The notes under the pieces were generated by a model, which worked only from the letters and a program-made list of their open reading frames with translations, made no database searches and was not told the DNA's origin. From Callorhinchus milii (taxonomy: Eukaryota), in assembly GCF_018977255.1 (NCBI RefSeq), contig NW_024705557.1, positions 1 to 34,677 of the forward strand: 34,677 bases of DNA, written 5' to 3'. Position numbers and translations under genes: made by a program. Below, piece after piece: positions 25,810 through 34,677 of this stretch. The first letter of the stretch is position 1. Each line of letters opens with the position of its first letter.

Positions 25810-26292
25810 GAAGACACCGTATACAAAAAGTATTCCAAGACGAAAAATTGTATAGTATAAATCTATGAAGATAAAGCAGACTTTGCGCTTGTGTAGCTTT
25901 TTTGTGAACCAAATTGCGCCAACACACCCCAAACTTTCCACGCACACTCACGGGTGAGTTAGTGTGTTTTTGGCACAATTTTTTGCTTACCTTCTCACCT
26001 TCAACACCTATACCACCTGCACACCCCCCCCCCCCCCCACGGCTCCTCACCTCCCCCCCTCGCTTTCTCTTGCCATGTGTTAAAGTCCGGGGCATTCTCA
26101 ATACTTTCGGTTTGCCACACATGCAAACTCATTTTGACATTTTATCTACTACAATTCCACGCACTCACCATAACATAAGTGTCTCCACTGCACTGCTATA
26201 TTTGTTCTCACAGATCTCCTTGCATGTCTGACAATACTAGACAGGCCCACCAGCATTGCAACAATGTCATCAACACCAAGATGCAAACCCTG

Positions 26293-26481
26293 CAAGGTGA
26301 TGATGGCTACCATTTCCTACTCCGCCAAACTGACCCAGCAACAGGCTTGCCAAAAAAACATAAGATTTCCGCCATGGAGGTCTTTGCCTTCAGGATCATG
26401 ATATGAAACGGCGGCTTCAATATCTTCTTGAGATGCAAAGAGCTCTTTCACCAATTTGCTGTCGACATGTATGCCAACATT
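26293..26481 (+). mobile_element. Helitron Rep/helicase N-terminal coding fragment (inactive)
   Basis: QGDDGYHFLLRQTDPATG..K.KISAMEVFAFRIMI*NGGFNIFLRCKELFHQFAVDMYANI resembles the G.DGYH...K.S...Y.YR.M.R....L....LF.Q..VDMY.KI pattern of animal Helitrons. TGA at 26404-26406 is consistent with CGA decay. Confidence 0.82.
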
Positions 26482-27056
26482 TAAGCTTCATTCAATTAAA
26501 CCCATCAGATGGGAATACATCCAACAATGTCTATCCTGAAACTCTCCAAGGGCAACGATTTAAAAGCTGCTCTAATTATTAAACAAACAAGCCCTGCGAT
26601 TGTATAACACAACCGAAGAACCGTTACAAAAAACACATTTACCTACTTCATTGTCAGAAATCAATTATTCTAACAAAGCCAGCATGGCAAGACATTACTC
26701 ATGTTTGATCAATATACTTTCAATGATGTTTGTGCGTGAGTGGGGAGCGGTAGTGCAACGCTTAGCATGCCGAGCTATAATCCCAGTGAGCCGATTTATA
26801 TTTCCACACAGCCAAGCCACAGCATTTGGTTGTCGCCTGCTGAAGCTGGTTGTAATTACTGGCGAAACGTCGTACTCAGATTGTAAATGTTGTGGCTTGG
26901 CTCTCCAACACACAACCGGTGTAGTGCTGCACTAGTGACGAATTGGCCACGTGCTGTTTATGTGACAACCCCTTCCTAATTGGCTGTCGGGTTTACCAAC
27001 ACATTTCTATTTTTACGCGACCTAACCCAAACAAACCTGTATTAAGGACGTATATT

Positions 27057-27132
27057 TGGAGTTTGCGTGTCTCTCTCTCTCCCCGTGGTCGCGTGGATTT
27101 TCCTCCGGATCCTCAGGGTTTTCCCCTCCACA
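27057..27132 (+). mobile_element. Degenerate V-SINE central domain
   Basis: tggagtttgcgtgt..ctccccgtggtcgcgtggattttcctccggatcctcagggttttcccctccaca resembles the V-domain GGAGTTTGCATGTTCTCCCCGTG..GCGTGGGTTTCCTCCGGG..CTCCGGTTTCCTCCCACA as I recall it. Confidence 0.75.
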
Positions 27133-27444
27133 TTTAGAGTCAACATCACCACGCGTTTAGAGTATTTGACCGACAGACATTTCCACACGTTGATAAGCCA
27201 CTTTGTTGTGGGCAGGTCGCTTCTGAAAACAAGAGCGGTATAGCAGCTGAAGTGGGCTTGGCCTGGTAAGAAAAAAAAAACTGTAAAATATTTAAAAAAT
27301 GTAAAAGTAGTGAGCCAGATGAAGACAAATTAAACTTAAGCAGACCCGCGTTGTAATGTTCCAACCTTGACATCGATTCCATACTCGCTGCTACTCAATT
27401 GATATCCCTACGAGAGAGAGACGGAGCAAGGCTCTGCCTGAGTA

Positions 27445-27486
27445 AACAACAACAACACCCACCACAACAACAACAACAACCACCAC
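27445..27486. repeat. Imperfect (AAC)n/(CAC)n microsatellite
   Basis: aacaacaacaacacccaccacaacaacaacaacaaccaccac. Confidence 0.85.
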
Positions 27487-27502
27487 GATGTCAACTTCTC
27501 AC

Positions 27503-27847
27503 CTCGGATCTCAGTGAGCGCGCGCGCGGTGCAGCAGCTTCCGGATATATCGTGACGTCACGCGGCAGCAGGAGGTGACATGACGTCACTAGCGGGGTTC
27601 ATCACACAATCCCCTCCCCCAACAAGCAGCGGTGTAATTGAATAAATTATGTTAATGAGCCGGGCCCACGTGGGGTGATTGGGCTTGGCTGCTGAACCCG
27701 TCGCAATGAAATAAATTATGTTAATGAACCGCCAGTCAAACGCGCGGTGGAGGGGGGGGGATTGAATATCTTGGTGACATGACGTCACTAGCGGGGAACA
27801 GCTTTCCCTGGCGTCTCACGCCGACGAGTTAATGAGTGGTGACGTCA
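27503..27847 (-). promoter_or_regulatory. CpG-rich promoter-like region with four CRE palindromes, an ETS motif and an E-box
   Basis: TGACGTCA at 27553, 27581, 27780 and 27840. The minus strand reads ATATATCCGGAAG at 27550-27538. cccacgtggg at 27665-27674. High CpG density. A GAG|GTGAGA donor follows on the minus strand. Confidence 0.6.
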
Positions 27848-28251
27848 CTGTGTGTGTGTACACTGTGGCTGTGTGTACACTGTGTGTGTATACACTGTGT
27901 GTGTACACACTGTGTGTGTGTACACTGTGTGTGTAGTACACTGTGTGCGTGTGTACACTGGTGTGTAGTTACACTGTGGTGTGTACACTGTGTGGTACAA
28001 ACTGTGTGTGTGTACACTGTGCGTGTACACTGTGTGTGTGTACACCTGTGTGTGTGTACACTGTGTGTGTGTACACTGTGTGTACAAACTGTGGTGTGTA
28101 CACTGTGTGTACAAACTGTGTGTGTGTACCCTGTGCGTGTACACTGTGTGTGTGTACACTGTGTGTGTGTACCCTGTGCGTGTACACTGTGCGTGGTGTG
28201 TGTACAAACTGTGTGTGTGTGTGTACACTGTGTGTGTGTGTACACTGTGTG
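27848..28251. repeat. Complex (GT)n-GTACAC satellite, about 400 bp
   Basis: Repeated ctgt(gt)n-gtacac units with variants gtacaaa and gtaccc. This tract explains the T/H/Q/C- and C/V-rich spurious ORFs. Confidence 0.97.
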
Positions 28252-28849
28252 TTGGCACAGTCGGGGGTACAGATGGTGCATCGGCCAGTCAACTGAGTCA
28301 GTCGACCCATGGCACCTGGGTCTACCCCGTGCACATAGCCTGGCACAAGCGCCATGGTGACGTGACCGCCACTTAGTGGCGAATGGCGGTTGTTGTTATT
28401 GTTACTGTGTGTCCGGCAAAACAAGAAATGGCACCTCAGCCAGCCATCTCATTGAGTAGCCATTACCAGATCATCAGCAGATGCAACAGGGCTGACCAGC
28501 AGGGAAACAGGTCCCTGCGGCGTGGGCTGGTAGGAACGAACAAATGAATGGCTATAATAAAATGAAACGGCGGGGGTACGATACGAAGGGAGAGTTTGAG
28601 GCCTAGTTCTAGGCTTTAGGCCTAGCTGTAGGCTTTAGGCCGCTGTGGAGTTTAAATTTAAAACTATCTCAGGGAATTATAAGGGAATGTTACACTTGTT
28701 TAGCCAGGAAAGCCTCACTGAGTCTAAAGGTTTTTGTAGGGTCCTGCCAAGTGTTTGCAGTAGGGGGCGATGTTGCTACACGTAATCGGACAGACGGACG
28801 ATATAATCTATTGTAGGCTGGTTCACTTCGTTCCTATCAGTATAATCCC

Positions 28850-29730
28850 TTAACTATAACCAGTCATCGATAAGCATATTATTTTTAACTGCGACGAATC
28901 CAATTTATTTATACGGCCATTGTGAGCTCTCAAACTACATAATTATTGAAGATGCTATGTGATGTGTAATAAACCCCGTTGAGACGACATCGTGAATTGA
29001 GAATTCTTTATTCAGATTCGTTCACAGCTTCCACCACATTCGTTCCTCCAGTTCCCTTGCTCCTTCATGCTGTTGGCTGACAGCGTGAGAGAGACTGCGG
29101 GGCCCGCTACGTGGCAGGCTCCGGACCACGGCACCAGCGTGGCTTCTCCGCGCCTTTTAATCCCTGGCCCACGTGATGCCCCGCAACCAATCCTCAGCCA
29201 CACCCCTGGAACTTTCTCCGAAGCTACTGTACGGCTCCAGGGCCACGCCCCTAACTCGACTCCCCATTGGTTGCGGGCTGAAGCCAGCAGAGCCAATCAT
29301 CATCATCCAGGTGTAACCTCACATTACAAATGTAATGCATTGGGCCGAAGTGAATTTCTGTCACAAGCCGAGTTGAACAGGAAATGGTTCCAACTCCTGG
29401 TCACGCACCTTTAGATGGGCCTGCCCAAAATCATAAAAATCCTCAATGAATGTGAGCAGAGGCAGAGACATCGAAATTAAGGAACCCAAAGCACCAAGCC
29501 TATTTAGGGTACCATAGGCCTGCTGTACTCGATCGACAGAAAATACAGCCGCCCCTTGAATATCGGAGGTTACGTTCTTGGAAAGTTCTGCGAGACTGCT
29601 AAAAACGCGATATTCAATACTTAAGCCTTACCCAAGTAATGGCGTTAGGTAAACGTCAACTAAAATTTACATCACAATTGAAATACGTACTGCATTCCAA
29701 ATCAACTAAAAACTAAACAATTGAAATAAA
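28850..29730 (+). repeat. Unclassified dispersed repeat Y, copy B, interrupted by a solo LTR
   Basis: Colinear with 25260-25809 apart from a 364-bp insertion and the absence of about 55 bp present in copy A (about 25564-25616). Confidence 0.92.
28965..29328 (-). mobile_element. Solo LTR (364 bp) with 4-bp TSD
   Basis: TGTAAT...ATTACA perfect 6-bp terminal inverted repeats. Flanks are gatg/aatg, and the paralogous empty site near 25372 has one aatg fewer. Minus-strand AATAAA at 29007-29012. Confidence 0.88.
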
Positions 29731-30553
29731 CATTGGGAAACCGTGTCTCGTGCATTTGGTTACAGGTCTACCCAACACTTATGGTCACACATGCTGTCTG
29801 CTTCTACTCGACATTGTCCGAAAAGTCCTACAAAACTTCACATCCACAAATGGCTGTGATTCGTCTCGGGCTCTATTAGCGGCCTGGAAGTCAAACCCTG
29901 GAGCCTTCACAGGTCACCTTCACGAATGGTGACGTTTCCCAGCTGCCATTTTTATTGGGTCCTTGAATCACAAACGATGGGCTTATGGAACTTCAAATTT
30001 CACACGTCAATCTCAGACCCTGCTCCTTGTAGACCTCCTTACGCGTGTTTCAGTTTCAAGACAATTCAAAATGCCTTCCAAGTGTACATTAAGTGGTTTT
30101 TAATATGTGTTCCCTGGCAGTTGTGAAGATTTGATTACTGTGTAAATGCATTCCAAGACAGTGCAGTCATTAGATTCCGTGGAGGCGAGTTCTGCTCTTG
30201 GTGACATCACAAGCCAGAGAGAGGGGGAGGCCCTGACGTAACCCACTCGTTAATTTGAGGTGACGTCTTCAGAGGGAGCGTCTACATATTTAGTAAACAT
30301 GTGGTAAACAAGGTGGGATATCAATGCAGACAGATATATCTAAAGTTTTATTTAAATAGAAGTTAAAATTCAATAAAACCTAGGCTAGAATACAAATCTG
30401 TAACAAAAATCCACGATGCCTTCAAATGTGCTCTTTAAAGTACCTCCTTGCGAAAAAACAGATCGGCAGACATCTTTCATTGAACGTTCTCTACACGAAA
30501 CAAAGGAATGTTTTACACAAACTATAAATACCACGGCCTTTTAGGAATGCATG

Positions 30554-31113
30554 TGTAATGGGTTCCGGAGACACTTGTAGAGGTATCTTCTTTATTACAA
30601 TAAAACACTCCAACAGTCCTGATACTCTGTTACAGCCTAGATACACTACTCTGGCTACGCTCTGGGGTCCTCCGGCTGCAATTACCCTAGGGGAGGCTAA
30701 TTGACCCGACCCAGCCAAGGTGCGGGTCTGGACTCTGGCTTCCTCGGAACTCGCCCTTACAAGGACGTAGAGCCGGGAGTCCCAGAGTCCCACCACTGGC
30801 CCTCACAGCGTCCCGGCCCATACAAGGACAAGCGGGACGAGGGGGTCCAGGGTCCTAAGCTGGCTGATCTTGGGTCTTGAGCTGCAACTGGCCCCGATCG
30901 GCCAGGGAGCTGCCCTTTTATGCCTCGTCCCCAACGAGGGGTGGGGTTGTGTGCGCCCCCAGATATCCCACAGAGCACGCACAGCCCCCCCCCGTTGGTG
31001 GCGCCAAGGGCTTAACTGTTTGGGGTGCCTGGGATCCTAGCGCCTGGCGCCGAGGGCTTATCTGCCTAGGATCCTAGAGCCCCCAGCAGCCCCTCCTCTC
31101 TTATGGCACTACA
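30554..31113 (-). mobile_element. Solo LTR (560 bp), Gypsy-like, with 4-bp TSD
   Basis: TGTAATGG...GCACTACA termini. Flanks catg/cgtg differ by one CpG-type transition. Minus-strand CATAAAAGGG near 30913-30922 and AATAAA at 30591-30596. GC-rich island in AT-rich flanks. Confidence 0.85.
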
Positions 31114-31586
31114 CGTGTTCAGTACAAGCCACCTGTGGACTGGTTTTGGTGTACAATGTCTCAACAGTCCGGCTTGCTTCAACTGATGTTCATCGGCAAG
31201 GTCCATTTCAAGTCTCAGTTCGACAAAATGTATACGTAATACAAAATGATAATTAGTGTTCTTGTGGAGAATGTATCTCCTATACGTAACTTATAAGTGG
31301 CATACCTTAACTGATGAATGATCCGACTATGCTCCCGATTTCAAAGACAATGAGTTGCCCCAGTCAGATGCGTCCTGATTCACAAAAATACCCTTTGACT
31401 CGTATCACAAAAATAACAGCTCTCACGTGAGTTTTTGTACAGGTTACCACCAAAACAGATACTTTGTCCTGACAGCACATATTCCATGTTTGACATTAAT
31501 ACACAAAATGTTGTATGTACGTACAAAATCAGACAGGTATTCTTTCAATTATGATTCAAAATAATCAAAGGGCACATTGGCAACAT

Positions 31587-31592
31587 TTTATT
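31587..31592 (-). terminator. Candidate polyadenylation signal of the zinc-finger gene
   Basis: AATAAA on the minus strand about 410 nt downstream of the stop codon. Motif only. Confidence 0.35.
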
Positions 31593-31684
31593 ACTATACT
31601 GAAATGTACTGCGTCACGTTGCAACGTATTTACAAGTTGATCTCTGCCGAGATGAGGCCTATATGTGCAGCACTCTCAGAGGGA

Positions 31685-31740
31685 AGCCAAGTAGTAGTAC
31701 ATTCTCTATTTGTTGCAGAGGTTCAAGGTTCAAATCCGAC
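31685..31740 (+). mobile_element. Possible degenerate tRNA-derived SINE head
   Basis: A-box-like agccaagtagta and B-box ggttcaaatcc (31727-31737) at tRNA-like spacing. No cloverleaf is evident. Confidence 0.4.
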
Positions 31741-32002
31741 TGGCATATCAATCATCTCCCCCGACTTACAAACTCATATCCACGTGGCACACAGGGGCAG
31801 ATGCCCATATGGGCACCCATCGAGTGTCTAAGATGAGATATGATACAAAACACTTGAGTCACTCCTGGTTAGAGATCGCCCCAACCCACAGGTTCACAAA
31901 TACTGGCCACGCTTACACTGCAGTTTGAACCTAGAAATTGAGTGTTCAACTTCACATTATATTCATTAGAAAGGCCTGTGACAAAGGTGCATCCATTGGA
32001 GC

Positions 32003-33500
32003 TTAATTGTCTGAAGCTTGCACATCTACCTGGTCTCCATTTGACTTTGTATTGTCTAAGAAGTCCACCCACACCTCCACATCCACAAACTCCTGGGAGT
32101 TGCCTCGCTCTGCCTCACAGTCAGAATTTAGTTCCTGCTTCACACTGCCTCCATCTATGTGAAGGTCCGATTTTGGAGTTGAATAATCTTCAAATTTAAC
32201 CTTCACTTCTACGCTCTTCACTGTTACTTCTTCACATTTCACTTTCGCCTCTTCATATTTCACCTTGATACCTTTCAAAGTGTCCAGGCTGGGATTGTCT
32301 TCTGGTTCTTGTTTCATGAACAATGGGGTCATTGCAGCACTTTGACTTTCACAAGCTGATTTCAGATTACACTTCTTGTGGATTTTCTGATGCGTGTGTG
32401 TTCTCTGGTGTTTTTTAAGATTTGATGAATGTGCAAACGCTTTCCCACAAACACTGCACTTGAAGAGTTTCTCTCCTGTGTGTGTTCTCTGGTGTTGTTT
32501 AAAAGTAGATGAATCTGAAAACGCCTTCTCACACACACTGCACTTGAAGGGTTTATCTCCTGTGTGTGTTCTCTGGTGTCGTCGAAGAGCAGATGAATCT
32601 GAAAACGCCTTCTCACACACACTGCACTTGAAGGGTTTATCTCCTGTGTGTATTCTCTGGTGGGTCTGAAGAGTTGATGACTTTGCAAACGCCTTCCCAC
32701 ACAGAGTGCACTTAAAAGGTTTCTCTCCTGTGTGTGTTCTCTGGTGTTTTTAAGATTGATGAATGTGCAAATGCCTTCCCACACACACTGCACTTGAAGA
32801 GTTTCTCTACTGTGTGTGTTGTCTGTGTCTTAAGATCAGATGAATCTGAAAATGCCTTCTCACACACAGTGCACTTGAAAGGTTTCTCTCCTGTGTGTGT
32901 TCTCTGGTGTTGTTTAAGATGTATGATGTGCAAACGCCTTCCCACACAGAGTGCACTTAAAGGGTTTTCTCCTGTGTGTGTTCTCTGGTGTTTTTAAGAG
33001 AGATGAATCTGAAAATGCCTTCTCACACACACTGCACTTGCAGAAGTTTCTCTCCTGTGTGTGTTCTCTGATGTATTTAAGATGTGATGAATTTGAAAAT
33101 GCCTTCTCACACACACTGCACTTGAAGGTTTATCTCCCGTGTGTGTTCTCTGGTGGATCTTAAGATGTGATGCCTGTGCAAACGCCTTCCCACACAGAGT
33201 GCACTTAAAAGGTTTCTCTCCTGTGTGTGTTCTCTGGTGGATCTTAAGATGTGATGACAATGCAAACGCCTTCCCACACAGAGTGCACTTAAAAGGTTTC
33301 TCTCCTGTGTGTGTTCTCTGGTGTGATTTAAGAATGGATGACCGTGCAAACACCTTTTTACACACACTGCACTTAAAAGGTTTCTCTCCTGTGTGTGTTC
33401 TCTGGTGCTGTGTCAAGTTTCCAGTACGATCCATGCTGTTTGCATTCTGGTCGCATTGTTTCCTTCTTGTACCGAGCTGCGCTGAGTGCCTTTGCTCCAT
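32003..33500 (-). CDS. Tandem C2H2 (Kruppel-type) zinc-finger protein exon: 12 fingers plus one degenerate N-terminal finger, with multiple frameshifts in fingers 4-8
   Basis: 84-bp repeats encoding [28 protein letters not shown]. Fingers 1-3, fingers 9-12 and an acidic tail of about 130 aa are open, ending at TAA 32005-32003. Candidate acceptors ctgcag at 33516-33511 and 33534-33529. It may be a pseudogene if the indels are real. Confidence 0.9.
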
Positions 33501-34194
33501 CAGACCAACTCTGCAGAGCGAGCATCAGCTGCAGACAGAAAAACATATCCACACCATCTCCGTGAGTATTGAGGCACAGAGGAATGCATATATACAGTCA
33601 CACATGACTTACACATCTATACATATTCATATTTTCATGAAATAGTGAAAGAGATTCCCTAATTCATCACACGGGCTGCTAAGGCACACAATGAGAGGGC
33701 AAATGGTCATAAATATGACTCGACACCCAAGTGTCTTCAAAATTAATATTTACCAAAAACTCCAAGCACACAATTTCGGTTGTCTAGCTATGACAGGAAT
33801 ATTTATTTAAGAAAAATTAGCTAACATAGCAAAGGCTGTTGATACTATTTGTATTATGCAGAAATGTATAAATTAATGTTCATTTGCAACTTAAAGGTCT
33901 GAAGCCAGGCTCAGATGAGCTTGAATGCGAGGATGAACAGATCTAACTTAAGCTGCATATGTGCATTGTTAATTTCCTGACTGTTTCCATTCTTATAAAA
34001 TCTTGTTCTGTACCTGTTGAATTCCATGACGAAATGGGGCCTTGCATATGTTCTACAAAAAGATCACCTCCCTGGGAAAATCTTGACTTAAAACTTTTGT
34101 GATAGCGGGAATTCATATTCTTTGGTTATTTCGGTAAAGTCACGTAGATATAAAATAATAATACAAATAAAGTGAATAGAAGAAAAAAAACGAC

Positions 34195-34311
34195 TAATGT
34201 AGACTGTAGCCTGGTTCTTAACCTCGGTGAGCATACTGGCAGTCTATAATGTAGAAAATGTAGCCTGGTTCTTAACCTCAGTGAGTGTATTGGCAGTCTA
34301 TAATGTAGACT
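34195..34311 (+). repeat. Tandem repeat, about 2.2 copies of a 52-54-bp unit
   Basis: taatgtaga..tgtagcctggttcttaacctcRgtgag..taYtggcagtcta at 34195 and 34247, with a partial copy at 34301. Confidence 0.93.
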
Positions 34312-34341
34312 ATTGCCTGTTTTATTGACAAGACCTTTGCA

Positions 34342-34592
34342 ATGGACTAGACCTTGGCGATGGACACTCACAGCTTTGTATGCAAAAAAGTCCAGGCAGC
34401 TTCCACATAGTGTTACAGAGCCTAATGAAAAAATGCTGCTAGACTAATTTGAAGTGACACTTTGGATGCCAAATAAGGTCATGAACACATTAACCAGGTA
34501 TAGGAGCTCCTCCACCACGTGTAGAACGACCTGATTATTCATGGAGAGCTGAGCAGGTGCAGTGTTGTATGACATTAAATTCCCAGGGAGGT
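34342..34592 (+). repeat. Unclassified dispersed repeat X, copy 2
   Basis: Colinear with 24927-25159, with an extra roughly 20 bp around acgacctgattattcatgga. Confidence 0.92.
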
Positions 34593-34677
34593 ATTCTTTG
34601 GGTCTTTCGGTAAAGTCACGTCACTTAACCGAGAGACCCAAAGAATATGAATTCCTGCAGTTACGAAAACTTTAAGT

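Larger units (their letters stand above)
34086..34677. repeat. Palindromic (MITE-like/foldback) element interrupted by a 446-bp insert; may run past the window end
   Basis: 34086-34145 is an imperfect reverse complement of 34618-34677. There is a hairpin at 34592-34647 with 23/25 arms and a 30-bp direct duplication at 34116-34145 and 34592-34621 (28/30). Confidence 0.75.

Noticed and set aside
27829..28424. Six overlapping 117-174 aa ORFs
   Set aside because: They are translations of the GT/GTACAC satellite, which lacks stop codons.
28599..28641. 19-bp tandem duplication aggcctagYtStaggcttt
   Set aside because: Real, but an ordinary slippage duplication with no further structure.
32003..33500. 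Assigning a specific symbol such as PRDM9 or a ZNF number
   Set aside because: No PR/SET, KRAB or other diagnostic domain is in the window, so orthology cannot be judged from the fingers alone.
32394..33645. Plus-strand ORFs with repeated [12 protein letters not shown]
   Set aside because: They are the antisense shadow of the C2H2 array.
1..34677. CRISPR array, rRNA, intact tRNA or prokaryotic operon
   Set aside because: I saw no regularly spaced repeats with unique spacers and no rRNA or cloverleaf signatures. The periodic repeats are ZF coding units or simple tandem repeats.

Overview
The window has two very different parts. Bases 1 to about 21,090 look like random DNA. Base usage looks even, CpG/TpA/CTAG are not depleted, there are no microsatellites or repeat fragments, and the only ORFs are short (132 aa or less) with no recognisable motif. 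I read this part as non-biological filler, for example an N-gap replaced by random bases or shuffled sequence, and annotate nothing inside it. From about 21,100 to the end the sequence is repeat-rich animal DNA, probably from a fish or cyclostome (inferred from the Tc1, V-SINE and Rex3-like content). It starts with a nested insertion: the 3' part of a Ty3/Gypsy element (integrase, PPT, 566-bp LTR) sits in the end of an IR/DR Tc1 transposon, which sits at a TA inside an RTE LINE reverse transcriptase. Further right are a Rex3/Expander-like LINE fragment, a Helitron Rep fragment, a V-SINE core, a CpG-rich promoter-like region with four CRE palindromes and candidate short minus-strand exons, a GT/GTACAC satellite and two solo LTRs with 4-bp TSDs. 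The last 3 kb hold a minus-strand 12-finger C2H2 zinc-finger exon with clustered frameshifts and a palindromic element interrupted by an insert flanked by a 30-bp duplication. I found no convincing previously undescribed biological system. All calls are by eye and no database searches were run.
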